This document shows positions 48,741-62,120 of a DNA stretch of 64,000 nucleotides, one piece after another. Numbering within the stretch: the first letter of the stretch is position 1; each line of letters opens with the position of its first letter. This stretch comes from the human T2T-CHM13v2.0 reference genome, Homo sapiens: assembly GCF_009914755.1 (NCBI RefSeq), contig NC_060925.1. One strand, given 5' to 3'. The notes below the pieces were generated by a model. That model searched no databases. It was not told the DNA's origin and saw nothing but the letters and a program-made list of their open reading frames with translations. A program made the translations under genes and the position numbers.

Positions 48741-51294
48741 AACAAACCTGCACGTTGTGCACATGTACCCTAAAACTTAAAGTATAATAAAAAAAAAAGG
48801 ATGCCAGGTGAAAGGGGGAATGGAGAGAGGAGAAGCAAGAGCAACCCCCCTGCCTCCACTTGGGTTCCCAGCAGTGCTGCAGACTTCCACTCAGGCAGCA
48901 CATCACTGTGTCAAGTGACAAGCCCCAGGGGCCCTCAGCTCCAGGACTCTTACTCTTAGCTTGGTGAAGTGAGACCCCTGAACCTCAAGATGTGGAGTCA
49001 AGGCTGCTGTACTCTCACCCCCAGACCCTCAGGTCAGCAGCCCTCAGGTGTGTGGAACCCAGGCTCTCAGTTGTCCTTGGGTCAGGACAAGGACTGTGCA
49101 GGAATGAGGTGTTACTTTCCTTTGACTTTATGGGGAGAAGAAATGAGGCATGGGTCAGTTAAGCAGGTTTGCCAAAGTCCATTTACTCTACACATCACCC
49201 TGCTGCATGAAAGGTGGGAGGTTAGGAGCTCACACTCTCAGGAGGCAGGCCAACCCTGTGGGTGAGGAAGTTGTTCCTATGTGTTCCAAGTGGTATGCTG
49301 CTAAGGCCAAGAATGACCTGTGCTGAGGGCAAAGTAAAACCTCACCTTCGGCACAGCTGCTAAATCATGGGCTGCAAAGGCCTGGCCAGGAACACACAGG
49401 GAGGTGCTAAGTAGCTTGCAGAAACCTTCTATTCTCAAGTGGTCCCAATGGCTAGAACATTTTCAGAGCTAATGCTCATGATCTGGCAATATATCTTCCC
49501 TTCTCTCTTCTTCCAGTCATTTATACCACTCAAACCTTTGGTGGGGTCAGACAGACTTTATAATAAACACATGTCCATTGGTTCATTGAAAAGAGGCTCA
49601 CAAATAGGGATTCTCTCCAAAATTCATACCAGAAGACAGAATTTCTCCTTTCCTCTTTTGCCAATCCCTGGATCCCATTTTCTGGAAACTGAACCAAATT
49701 AGAGGAAGAGAGGGAAGAAAACCAAGTCTAAAGCACTGACTATGCACAAGCTGCTGTGCTTTCACATCGATGTTTTAGGCACTCCTGAGTTGAGCTAGAC
49801 CAGAGGAAGTTGGCAAATATTCAGTGAGGGATTCTCAAACTAAGCACTTTCCAGGGTGGGAGAAGGGGAGAAAAGAGAATGGGGGTGGAAGCCACCTCTG
49901 CCACTACTCGCCCCTGACTCTACTTCCAAAGATGCCAAGCATTGCCCCAGCAGTCTCAGCTCATCAGAAGCCCCAGCTAGCAGCTCAGGCCTCCACTGGC
50001 AGAGCTAGTTAGAATCTCATGTCAAAATCCTTATCAGGTAAGTGAGGCTAAAAGAATCATGGCCTCCCCAAGAAGGCTGGAGCCGCAGCACACCTAGATT
50101 ATTGGAAGCAGCTGAGGACAGGGGAAGACTAGTGGATCAGAACCCAACTGAAATAGATTCTCTTCAACCCATTATGTATAAAAGCAAAGAGGAAGGTCTC
50201 TGCCAAGGATGAACATATCCCTGGAGCAAGCTGCTTTTAAAGACTGTGTGTGCCAGCCAGGATGGGGAGAACTGGGAGGAGATCCTCTCCCAGATGAAGC
50301 AGCCCAGGTGACCAGGCATGTTGACCTATGGGCTCCACTTCATTCTTGCTTGTGTGTGTTGGTGCACCAAACACCTCCCTTCTTCACCTTCAGAATGATC
50401 CCTTTGTAAGAAACCAGGAAGGCCAGTTGAAGATCTTGGCAGCAAGACCCCAGGAGCCCAGGACTTTATCAAAAGGCTCAGAGCCTCATCAAGCACTGCT
50501 TCTTCAGTCTCCCCAGCCATCAAATGGGAAGAATGGTCCCTGTCCTGCCTTTCTCACAGCGTCATTCTGTGGGCCAAAGGAGCTGACGTCTATACACTCT
50601 AGAGGACTGCTCACAGAGACCACAGCTGCAAAGCCTCACTGCTGCAGGATCAGGCCACTGGGATAACTCCAGGAGGTGGCAGGTGTGGTGGGGAGGAGGG
50701 CCTGTTAGAAAAAATAACCTGGACTTTTACATGAAGTCCTTTGGGTGTCATTTTTTTTTTTTTTTTTTTTGCCTTCATCGCTGCTCTTAATTTTTCTTTC
50801 GCCAGTTTTTTTCTGGATATAAATTTTGGAGGTGGATCTGGGTGGAATGCTAGAAAATTGACCCCTGACTTAGATGCATAGATGCATAGTGTGTGCAGAA
50901 GAAATAGTGTGGGTGAATTCAAGAACCTCTATGGGAGAATACAGTGACTTCAAAGCAGTGTCATCCCCTCTCTGGACTCAGTTTCCACAAATTTAAAATG
51001 AAAGCATTGAACTAGCAAGAGGCTCTGATGAAAGGCTGCATGTGACATGAATCAGGCATTCTGACCAACTAGGGTGGTAAGTCAGGGTTGGGAGACAGGC
51101 ACAGAGCAGAAACAAATCAATGACTCTACCATTTTGTCTTGAGCTACTTAGCTCATTCAGTTCCTACAATGCCCCAGCCCGCACATGGGCTGGGAATAGC
51201 TCCAGAGGCAGGCCCTGGGGACCTCAGTCGCCCTGGGCCCTGCGAGAAGGTCACTGATCCAACCAGCAGAAAGAATTTTCCTAGGGATTATAGA

Positions 51295-51470
51295 TCACTT
51301 TATTGACTGGTCATATGACCCTGGGCAAATCCTCTCATCTTTCTGTGTGCCTCAGTCTCTCTCAGTAAAATGCCCTGTATAGCTCTCAGGCTTTCCATGA
51401 GGATCAAGTAAAAAGATAGTTATACAAACCCTATAGAGGCATAGACTGTCCACAAATAAGTTTCCGTCAT
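51295..51470 (+). mobile_element. MIR relic
   Basis: 'tatgaccctgggcaaatcctctcatctttctgtgtgcctcagtctct...tgaggatcaagtaa'. Confidence 0.7.
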
Positions 51471-51949
51471 TCAATATTTATGGGACTCACAAAAAATACC
51501 CAGAATTATCACAGACATTGGAGAGGGAGTGAGAAGTTGGTGAGAAGGGACCCAGAGACCACAGCTCCTTGGATGCATAGAGCTACTGTTGGATTATAGG
51601 AGAGAGGAACAGCTCAAGAAAGTAGCTGGACAAACCATGGAGCACTGAGTCTACAAGTCCCAGAAGTGGAGGGAAGTTCATTCATCTCTACTGACTCAGC
51701 AGAGGTTCCAGGAGAAACAGAACAAGAGTTGGGGCCTTAGAGATAGGAGAGGAGGCTCCAGCTGTACAGGGCCCTGGGAGTGAGGGTCATGCCCCCAGGA
51801 ATGGCATTAATGTCCGGCACCCACTGCCGCCTGAAACAATTGTGCCCAGCCAGAATCAGGATGTGTGTCGACATTATCATGATGCTCAGAGTTCTTGGGT
51901 TTGGGCGGTGCCCCCAAGTAATGTTCCATTCCACTCTTCAGTTACATGT

Positions 51950-52255
51950 GCATCCCACTCACACTTATTTCCTGAGCTCCTGCCCTCCACCAGACATCTG
52001 GTAGAAGAACCAGGCAGCCCAGTCAACAGTGAGAATGGAGATCACAGACCCATGACCAAGTGGAGCCACCCTCGCTGAGGCACCAGACACACAAATGGAG
52101 AAGCATCTCAGGCATTCCAACCCCAGCTGACTTCACAAGGAGCAGGAATGAGCCATCCCCACTGTACCTGTCTGAATTCTTAACCCCAGAGCTTATGATA
52201 AATGATAAAGATAGTCACTGTTTTAAGCCCCCCTAAATGTCGATGTAATTGAGAA
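51950..52255 (+). mobile_element. MLT1 (G/H/J-like) LTR fragment
   Basis: 'ccaaccccagctgac...gagccatccccactgtacctgtctgaattcttaaccccaga...actgttttaagcc'. Confidence 0.65.
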
Positions 52256-53739
52256 TGAAATAGGAACTCAGAGCTGGGGTGAGGCCGTGGAGGAGCACTT
52301 CTGGCAGGAACATCAAGGAAGACTTGGCCGGGGCAATGGGTTTGGGTTGGGCCTTGAGAGAAAAGGGTTTCTAGACCTCTTCATCCTGCCTCACGTTGTA
52401 CTGCTCCACCCAAGAAGAGGCCTCCCGCTGCTTGACAGCAGGGTGGGAGTAAAGCAAATGTCTTCCCATAGACAAGGATTGTTCTGCAAATCCCTAATCA
52501 ATGAAGAAAAATTCAAAGAGATTAAGGTAGCTGCCACACTGCACATGCCTCCTCTCCCTGCTCCCTGCTGGACATTTCTCTCCCTGACTTTATTTTCTCC
52601 CTCTTTATTTCCTCCCCCTCTACATCTGCTCATCCTCTTTCCCTCCCCCCTCCCCCCCACCCTTTTCTCTTCTTCCCTCCAAGAACTTCTTCCCAAACTG
52701 TGTCTCTTTGCCGCACCCCTCTTTCTCCTGCCTCCACAGCAGCTCTCCGGCCTTGAGAGGCTGCATTCACTGCTCATAAACTTAAGACCAGACAAAGCTA
52801 CTCTTTTGATGGACCTAGAAGGTGGCATTCCCGCTTTCATCCCCAGCCCCTGACACTATCCAACCTCAAAGGCAAAGAGCTTGGCCTCCTGACACTTGCC
52901 TGTCTTCATGTTTTAGGAAGAAGAGAGCAGGATTGGAGCATGGGGATTAGGACCAGAAACCACAGGTGAGCAAGGAGGTGGGGTGGATTCAGGCTTGCGA
53001 ATAGTAGTTGTCAGAAATCCAGATGTGGGCAAGAATAACCATGATGATATGAGATGGTGGTTCATAAAAGCTGGTGTTTTCTACATCACCCTATCAGCGT
53101 CTCAAGGCACTCTTCTATATGTCTTGTTTCCTTCCTCCTGTAGGGTCTCCCCTAGTTACTCCAGTTGTCATGTCTGATCCCACCGTGAGTCCTGCCTCTT
53201 CCACAAAGCCCGGTGGACTCATTCCTGTATCCCTGAGCAGCCCCTTCTCACAATTTGACTCCTGATCATTCCCTGGCCTGTCTCCTCTTGGTGTTGCCTG
53301 TGTGTAAGTCTTATCTCCCTACTGGGCCTCCCCTAGGGCCCCAGCCAGGCCTAATGCTTCCTCTGTAACAGGGCAGAGCCTGGCTGGGTGCTAGGCATCA
53401 GGTAGGCAGTTGATAATGTATGATTGATGAATTGATAACTAGTCTTATCCAAACCTGTGAGGCAGGCAGGGATGAGCATCTTCTTTCTATCACTGTGATG
53501 CAAACAGAATGGAGCTGGAGGGCGTCTGTAACCTGTCCTCAGGACCCAAAGAACGTAGTTATTTCATTAACTCTGCAAGACATTCCACAGTCTGGGTGTG
53601 GGGGGCAGCGTAGGAAGAAGAGGCCGAGAAGGCCTATTACTGGTTTCCCTCAGGTTGGGGGTACCCTCAGGGTCTCACCTGCTCAGCTGTTTGGGGTGGA
53701 GGTCATGTCTACAGAGTGAACACTTATAGTGCCTCAAGT

Positions 53740-53945
53740 ATAATGATGAAGATTTCAGATTTGGTTTCAGATAGAATTGTATTCAAATCCCATTTGGGCT
53801 AGAAATATCTCTAAATATTTTTCTGTGAAATGGGTTTAATGTCTACCTCACTGATTTGTTGAAAGGATTACACGAGATAATTCATGTAACATCCTCAGCA
53901 TAGCCCTTGGTAAGTGCACAAAAAATTACAGATACTGTTATCTTT
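53740..53945 (+). mobile_element. MIR SINE
   Basis: 'ttcaaatccca...ctgtgaaatggg...ctacctcactgatttgttgaaaggatta...gagataattcatgtaa...cagcatag'. Confidence 0.75.
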
Positions 53946-54309
53946 TGAGGTCACAGGCTCCCGGTTGCCTGGGCCTTACTGTCAAGGAACCATTAGAATC
54001 CAGGAGCCACAGAGACCTCCTTCAGCTCCCCAAGCCGCCACGCTGGCGGGGGATCCACCCACCCTGAGCTCTGGCCCCTCACTCAGGGACACTGCCCTCT
54101 CTTTTTCCCCTCAGAATCTCAAGTGAGACGCTGGTGCCAGTCAGGCCGGGTCACTGCAAGGGTTCATTCCCAGGAGGAGTATGAGGGAGAAGAGAACTGC
54201 ACTTTAGGAGCAGGGGGAAAACAGCCCCCTAATGAAGAATTTGTAGTGCACAGGCAGGCAGAGGACTGCCCTGGATGGCTAATTTGCCAGCAAGACGAGA
54301 AAGATGAAG

Positions 54310-54970
54310 CAAGCTTGCAAGTAGAGGATGGGGATAAATGGCTTGTTAGCAGCACGCACAGAAAACACACAAGGATTTTTGTTGACTCTAAGTTCACCAT
54401 GAACCAAGGATGTGATAGGATGAGAAAAAAAGCCAACTCTAACCTACAGACAGGGAAAAGCCTAAATGGATGATTATGATATAGTGACTAAAAGGAGGGA
54501 GGGGGAAGTCCTACACTAACTACTCTGTTAGATTATGGATCTCAAGCCTGGCTCTCACCCTTTAAATGCCAGAGGAGACAGTGTGTTTAGAAGAGAACAG
54601 CCAGGACGGCTGAGGATGGAGAACTGTGACTTACAGGGAGCAGATGAAAGACCAAAATACTTTTAGTCTGGGGAACTGGAGAGTCCAAGGGCATCATATC
54701 ACCCAATTGACAGGAAGCCTGAAAGAGGGATTTCACTCTTCCATGTGAACTCAGAGGAGATATTGACTGGGGAGAGGGGTAACTTGGAGATGGCCTGTCC
54801 AGAATAAAGAGCTCACCAGCATTTAGAACTGTCCAAGTGTGGGTCCCAGGGGAAGGCAGTGGGCTTATGTGGGTGGCATGTGAACAGAGTCTGGACCTCA
54901 CTGCAGGGAGGCCAGAGACCTGGTCACTTCTGTGTTAGGAGGGAGGCTAGGCTGCATGGCCAAAGGGGCC
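54310..54970 (+). mobile_element. L3/CR1 LINE relic
   Basis: 'ttgttgactctaagttcaccatgaaccaaggatgtgat...aaaaagccaa...gtgtttagaagagaacagccagga...tttagtctgggga'. Confidence 0.65.
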
Positions 54971-56519
54971 CGTCTAACCCTCAGTAGCTATTTGATGAAT
55001 AGCTAATTCTTTAAATTGTTTTTCTCCTTGACCAGCTACAGCCAGCTGGCCTCTGGGCAAAAACCTGGACCTAGGCTTCCTCCCTGTGGGGTTGGCCATG
55101 CGGGACCTGGGAGAATAGGATGACCTGGTTATCTTCCCCAGCTGGGATAAATTCCTATCAGAAGGGGCAGAGTGGTAGAGGTATGGTGTCCAGGAGCAGA
55201 GTAGAGGGGCCTCTTGCCAAACACCCACTGCATCAGGTGCGATACATGTGTGAATGTCTGTAGGTAAGTAAAGGAAGGAGTGAGGTATAAAAGTGGACTG
55301 CTCTGATAGCTGGTTGAAACCTTTCTGAGGCAGGGAAATGGGGAGAGGGAAAGGTGAGGTGGTCAGGGCAGAACTCTAACATGTGGTAGGCTACTCTGAA
55401 AAAATCAGGGATTTCAGAATTTCCTAGATCATCTAGCACCTGTGTGAGTCTTCTATTTTCTATAATTGCAAAGCTTCCCTAGAACTGTGTGAACTTTTCC
55501 CAAACATACTGTCCGTTCCAATGACCACAGGAGAGGTAAAAGATGTCAACATTTACATAAACAACCAATGAAAGATTCAGGTTAGAATAAGCCTACTTTT
55601 CTGTTTATTGTACTCAAAATCCAACTTGGTAAATGTGATCAGCACAGACTGACAAAAATCAAAGGCAGAAGAGGCTGGAATGTGGGGCTGTTAGGAAACA
55701 TGCTCTAAAATGACAAAGACAAGGAAATATAACAGAAGGCAAAACTTCCAGGGATGGCCCAAAGACAGCATACCTGAGTGAGTTTGCTTAGTGAAGGTAG
55801 AAGAAATTCTCAGGCAGAAACAAAAACCAGTCAAAAGGATGACAGAATCTGAAGAGGGTGAATCTAACTTCCTACCCACCTGAAAGAGTGAATGATACAG
55901 CCAACGTTCACATGAGCAGTAATGCTGACAGCTTGGTCTCAACGTTAGCCAGTTGGTCTTCTAAATGCTGGACATTGATTTGAAATGAAGAAATAACTAT
56001 AGCACAGTTTTGTTTCATTTTTTCTCTGCCACAATCCTGGGAAAGTTGAGCTAGCACTTTGGGGATTTTATTTAAAATCAGGGTGTTGGATGAGGTGACT
56101 TGATTTCTAAAGTGTCTTTGAGTCCTGGTATACTAATTCTGTGGCCCAAACCCATGCTCTCTGTGAGCTGGTTTTCCTCCATGTGTAAGAGATACTGCCA
56201 GGCACAGCTCCCCGACTGGCTTCCAGGTGGTGACCTCAGGACTGCTGTGGTGCTCCCTGGGGCCCAGAAGGCAGGTGGGTGTGTGAAGAGGAGGAGGAAG
56301 CTGGCACTTTTCTCATATTGTCCACTCATATCCTGGAGGGTCCATCAGAGGACAGCCGAGGGACAGCAAGGGACCCAGAGAATGTTCCTTTTTATCAGGG
56401 TGGTTCATAAGAGCAGCCACACAGAGCTGTGGTGTCACCTCATAGCACATTTGTTCTGGGGAGCAATAAAAATGATTCTACTGATGAAAAGGAAATGAAT
56501 AGTTGTCACTTAGTCTTTT

Positions 56520-57070
56520 ACTTGCTTATCTATTTCTTTATCCAACATTTGTGTGTTTCACCTGTACCAGGCACTGTTAGATACTGGAGATAAAAGGGTA
56601 GAGAATTCCCTTCACCTTTTCCAGTCCTAAGTGTTTTATAGTTCAGCGAGGAAGTCAGGAGGCAGTTAGGTCATAAACAGGAAATGCCCTGTGATTATTA
56701 CGTTCATGGTACAATGGAACAAGGGACAGGTATGTCTGAGTCTGCTTAAAAGAGTCCAGGACAGCTGACCCTACAAGCTCCTGCTTACTGAATACCTACT
56801 ATGTGCCAAAACTTGAGTAATGACAAAGATCATTCCATCCTCTTGGAAGGGAACAGTTTCTTGAGAAACCTCCCTAATTTACCATAAGGGAAAGAAAAAC
56901 TTAGTCATATATTAAATTTCTACTGAGTACCTGTCCTCTCAGGGGTGTTAGATACATGACTAAACTCAAACGTCATATAACCCTGAAAGGTAAGTATTAT
57001 TTATTGTACCCATTATACAGATGAGAACATTGAGACTCAGAGAGGTTGTACGACTTGCCCAAAATGAACT
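56520..57070 (-). mobile_element. L2 3' relic followed by MIR
   Basis: 'ccaacatttg...gtaccaggcactgttagatactggagataaaa' and 'cccattatacagatgagaacattgagactcagagaggttgtacgacttgcccaa'. Confidence 0.7.
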
Positions 57071-57600
57071 AGGGCAATTCTTGTCTGCAGTGTCCTTTAA
57101 GATGGGACATTGCCTGGCTTTATCTCTCTGGCCAATAGTCCAAGGGTGTTGGTGCTTTCCCTTCCTGCTTCTTGTATCCTAAGGAGCAGCTTTCTAAACA
57201 TGCTGTCATGGAACCAGGGCTCCCTGCATTCCCTTGACCACTCTTAGAACCCCAGTCTCCAAACCACCAGAGCTCCAGGCCAGCCTCAGGCCCTGAGGGA
57301 GGCTGTCAGCCACATGGAGTGAGGCCAGTCATCTCCTCTCTTCTCTCCAATGTTTCTGTTCTTATCTCAGGTGCTGAAGCCTCTAGAGAGCTGCCCGGTG
57401 CTCCCAGTATAATGCTGCAAGCTCCGTGCTGCCAAGCCCGTCATCAGTGAAGCCAGCTTACTCCCACTGGCAGGACGAACGTCGGACTGGCTGGACCCGG
57501 GGTTGCCCCAATAGAATATTCAGTTCCCACATCTCTGAAAACCTATTCTGGATGCTTCAGGGCCTTGCTTTCGAATCAAAACTTTCTCTGCTCCCTAGAT

Positions 57601-57907
57601 TCGTTGTTGTTATTGTTTATAGAGACAGGTTCTCTTTCTGTCACCAGGCTGGAGTCTAGTGGCATGATCAGAGCTCACTATAGCCTCAAACTCCAGGTTC
57701 AAGCAATCCTCCCACCTCAGCCTCTCCAGTAGCTAGGACTACAGGCACACACCACCATGTATGGATAATTTTGTAAAACATTTTTTTTATAGAGACAGGG
57801 TCTTACTATATTAACCTGGGTGGTCTTGAACTCCTGGCCTCAAGCGATCTTCCTGCCTCAGACTCCCAAAGTGCTGGGATTATAGGAATGAGCCACCATA
57901 CCCAGCC
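57601..57907 (-). mobile_element. AluJ element
   Basis: 'agagacaggttctc...gctcactatagcctcaaactcc...ctcctggcctcaagcgatcttcctgcctcag...ccaccatacccagcc'. Confidence 0.93.
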
Positions 57908-58782
57908 ACTCCCCTCTTTTAATCATACTGTTCCTTCTTCCTGAATGACCTTCCTCATCCTTCTTCACCACTTGAAAACCTGCTCTTCCTTCAAGTCCCA
58001 GATCATACACAACCACCTCCATGACATCTTCCTTCACTCCCTAAGCCAGGCCTTGTCTCTCCATCCTCTGTGCTCTCCCCACAAAATGACACTTTGCACA
58101 CGTGGTCTGCTCTGTGTGGCAGTTCATTGTGGATAGCAAGTCTCCCTCAAGAGCCTGGAAGCTGTGATAGTGAGGACCATGCTTTAGCTTTCCATTTAAA
58201 CCCCAGCCCACACCTAATGCTTTATAAACATTCATATAATATAAGAAAATAAAGAGGCAGGAAGTGGAACCCATCCAGCTTGTATGTGAATAAATCATCC
58301 CTTATTCATTCTTAAACATTTCTTAAGCACCTGCTATGTGCTGGGAATTATGCCATATGCTGGGGACACAAGGGTGAATAAGGCCCTTCTTTGAGGAATT
58401 TCCAGTCTGATTGGGGAGGCATACAAGTAAACAGGGAATTTCACATCAGAAGTACCAAGAAGGCACACCTAACACAAACTGGGAGATACAGCAGCGAGAG
58501 AGGATGGGCATTGTCGGGAGCAGCTGATGTGTGGGATGAAACAGCACAGGGAGCTGCAGATCCTGCTTCTTGGCATCCTCTCTTCCCTGATTCCCTTACC
58601 TGATTGTTCATGCACCCACTTCCTTCTCTCCTCCTGCCTGTACCCTCTTGGTCAGATACACTTTTCTTGTATGTTGCAAAAGGATCTGCTTGCCCCAGCT
58701 GGTGGGAATGGAAAGACAAGTTGGAGGAACTCAGGCAGAAAGCACTAGTCAGCAGGTCAGCCAAAGAGACACAATCTACTCA

Positions 58783-58954
58783 TGCCTTGCTACTCAAAGT
58801 GTAGCCATGGGTTAGCACTGTTAGCATCACCCTGGAGCATGTTAGAAATGCAGACTCTCAGGCCTCTCCCCAGATCTACTGAATCAGAGGCCACATTTTT
58901 AACAAGGTCCCCAGGTGGTTCATATGCTTATTATTCACACTGTAAAAGCCCTGG
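58783..58954. mobile_element. MER5A MITE
   Basis: 'tgctactcaaagtgt...gttagaaatgcagactctcaggcctctccccagatctactgaatcaga...ttttaacaaggtccccaggtggttcatatgc'. Confidence 0.88.
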
Positions 58955-59514
58955 TCTAATACATACCTTTTGATGAGCTTTAGTGGGAGCAGACTCAGAA
59001 TCCTGCCTTGTAGAAATGGGACCTGGGGGCATCTCTTGTGTACCATCTACCCAAGAAATTTGCTTGAGGGAAATTAACAGATAAAGTATCTTACCAGAGA
59101 AAAGAAGTCAGTGTGAGAGACACAGGGGGAGGAAGGATAGCCCCACACGTTTTGGTAGACCTCAGTTTGAGTGGTCAGGTGGCTTTCAGGGCAGTTGTTT
59201 GAAGAGAGGTGTCTAAGTGTCATCGTCAGCCCCAGGCTCTGTTTCCTGCCAACTGCTGTGTCCCTGCACCGCAACCCATGCCTGCAATCTGGCATCCCCA
59301 CAGTAGGGAGGGGGCTCTTCCTAAGCATGGCTGTTCTGAGACTCACCCACTGGGTACTGAGAAGCAATCCACCCTTTGCGGGAGGTAGAACGATGCAAGT
59401 GCCCTGAGACTGGGCAAAAGGGAGAAGCAGAACTTGCTGGCTGTCACGAATACTGACACCTGGCATCTCAAAAAGAGTCAGGGACTTACACCGGACACAG
59501 CTGTAATGAGCATA

Positions 59515-59740
59515 AGAATTGCCATTTATTGAACACCTACCGTGACCGGCACCATGCTAATATTACACATATTCTCTCTAATGATCTCAAGAGCTCTACA
59601 AAGAAAGCAGCCTTACCTTCCTCTTAAAATTGAACAACTGAGGCTAAAAGAAGCCAGGGACTTACATGAGTTCACACAGACGGCAAGAGATAGGGTTGTG
59701 ATATGTACTCAGATCTGTTTACACCAAAGCCTGCAGGTTC
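59515..59740 (-). mobile_element. MIR SINE
   Basis: 'catttattgaacacctaccgtgaccggcaccatgctaa...aactgaggct...gacttacatgagttcacacag'. Confidence 0.75.
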
Positions 59741-59949
59741 CCACAGCCTCTTACCTCCTTGGCCTGGTGTGCATAGCCCCCTGGGGTGTGGCAGCCCCAC
59801 TTGCTCAGTTCCAGTGTGTTGGGCCTCTACAAGGAGGATGATTTCCAAGGCTGAGTGAGAGCTGCACTGGGAGGCAGCTTCCCCTAGGAGCTTGCCCAGC
59901 TGCTTCCCCAGAGGCCCTCCTCCTTTGTCAGAATCCAATCACATCAGCT

Positions 59950-60212
59950 CCTGCCTCAGTTTCCCCATATTCTCCCAGTAGGCAGCAGTGAGAGATAATT
60001 CATTATCTCATGCAGGGCTCTGAGTGTTGAAGAGGTAATGATGGTAAAGCATGTAAAAGATTAAATGCGGTAACCATTATCATCACAGTCCTGCTCCAGC
60101 TGGAACTCCCTTCTTCTCTGCAATCTAGAGTAGAAAACATTCCCTGGGAAGGCCGTTGCCAGGCACAGGGCCAGGCGCTCAACATGGTTGATGAATGAAC
60201 AACTGAATGAAA
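59950..60212 (+). mobile_element. MIR fragment followed by an L2 3' end
   Basis: 'tgcctcagtttcccca...gtaaagca...ccattatcatc' then 'ccaggcacagggccaggcgctcaacatggttgatgaatgaa'. Confidence 0.6.
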
Positions 60213-61364
60213 ACCTCCAAGTTTGTCTAATTCCACTCCTGGTTATCCTTTGCATACATACTCCATTACCCACATCAAATAGGGCACCCATGCAGTGGTC
60301 AACACTGTAGAGTGACTTTGCCCTCCACAGAGCGCCATTGCACCAAGGTTCAGTGATAAAACAGTTAATCATATTTTAGTAAATCTTCAGGTGTTCCTCT
60401 CACAGGGCATGCAATTACCCAGATGGATCATTTCCTAGTAGAAGTCCAAGTTAAGGTTTTGCAAAAAGGCCCTACAAGAGTGTTAATGTCAACCATCACC
60501 AGCCGAGCCAGGGTTTCCAGAGGGTGCAGTCTGTGTGGGCAGAGAGGAAACCTCTAAGATCTTTCATGCAGAATCAGAGCTGGCTGCAGGGAGAGGGCTT
60601 TTCTGGGAGTAGGCAAGAACAGAGGAGGAATGGGTGGTTCCCTTCCAAATACCAATCTGAGTCATTGGTTTAATGATGTCAGGAAAAAATGACCTTTGCT
60701 GCCACCTTTACTGCTTCTGAGCATCTCCAGTGCAGGAACAGGGACTCTCTCTGCACCTTGCTTCCAGCACGTGGCACAGGAAGAACCTCAGGGTCAGGCT
60801 TGGGCCCTTGGTCCTCCCCAGGGAACTCTACACTCTGTTTCACTGTGTGGTTCACACCATGCCAGGCCTCCATGTATAGCCAGCCCAACCCACAGCATGG
60901 CCTCTCCCTTTATCCTCTCACCTCTCCTGCAGTAGTCAGCCAGCAGGAACAGGCCACTTTGAGTTTCCGGAGTATTGGAAAATGCCTGCATAGGCTCCAG
61001 ATTGAGGTCATGAAATTCATTTCTCTTATACTGAGACCTCAGCCACAGCAATATTTCCTATGTCCAGGGGCACGAGGCTGGTTACTTCATTAACCCCTGA
61101 GAGCTGTCAAAGCCCATTTGGGGATTTCAATCACATCAGGATCTGGTCATCCAGGGTGTGAGAGCCTCAAACCTAGGGCAGGAAGTCTGGTGGGAAGAAC
61201 CTGTTGAGTTCCTGGGACCACAGCATCCCTCAGAAGAGGGTAAAAAAGGCAGAGGTGGGTAGCATCTGAACAACAAGGAAAAAAAGCATTTTAATCCCAT
61301 GTTGGCAATTTGTGAGCTCAGAGAGTTTGGTAAGTAAGTTTTCAATCTGGTAATTGCTTGTACA

Positions 61365-62120
61365 TTTACTTATTCAGCTATCATTTAGTGAGCACTTACC
61401 AGGTGGTAGATGCAGCTCCACACAGGAACACAAAGTGCCACAAGTGATTGAGATGAGCAGGCCCAGGTCGCTGGGGACAAGAGGAGCAGCTGCATAACCT
61501 CAGAGGGGAGGGGTTCTCATAAGGGATGACAATTGGGATGAATTTTTGATGACAAATAAAGTTAGGAAAGAGCATGACATTTTCAGGAAAGCGTGAATGG
61601 TTTTAGAGAGAGGGGGATGTGGATACGGGAGGGTCGGATGGACCTAAAAATGTGGAAGAGGTCAAATTATCAAACGCTTATACCCTGGACTAAAGATATT
61701 AATGTTGTTCTGAAATCCATGGGGAGCCAGTGACAGTCTGAATATGGGCAAGTACAAAATCAGGCTTAAATCTGGGAAAGATCACTCTGAGAGTGCTCTG
61801 TGGGGGGTAGGTTGGAGGAAGAATGAGTTACAAGCTATTAAAATAATTCAGGTGAAGGATGATGATGGCTGGAACTCAGGCCATGACATGGAGATGGAGA
61901 GAGGAGGACAGGATGGAGAGAGAGTTTTGAGGGAGGAAGAACATCGTGAGTGGGTACTGAACACCCGTAGGGGTATCTAAGTCTAGGAAGAGAGACTGGC
62001 CAAAGTTGAGCCCACTGAGGGTGAGAGGTGCAGGCTTGGGGGAAAGACGATGGGCCAGCTTTGGACATGTTGGGTTTAAGTTTTGAGGAGCCTGTGACCA
62101 CCCAGGTCATGGTGCCTACT
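61365..62120 (-). mobile_element. L2 relic
   Basis: 'tcatttagtgagcacttacc...atggggagccagtgac...gaaagatcactctg...aataattcaggtgaaggatgatgatggct...tttggacatgttgggtttaag'. Confidence 0.75.

Larger units (their letters stand above)
48006..48797 (+). mobile_element. 5'-truncated L1PA (about L1PA4-6) with 14-bp TSD
   Basis: ORF2 3' end, 3'UTR and poly-A. TSD aagatgccaggtga (47992-48005) / aggatgccaggtga (48798-48811). Confidence 0.97.

Noticed and set aside
52287-52853. 188-aa plus-strand and 149-aa minus-strand ORFs
   Set aside because: Open because of a low-complexity pyrimidine/purine tract. Non-ATG start on the plus strand and no recognisable domain.
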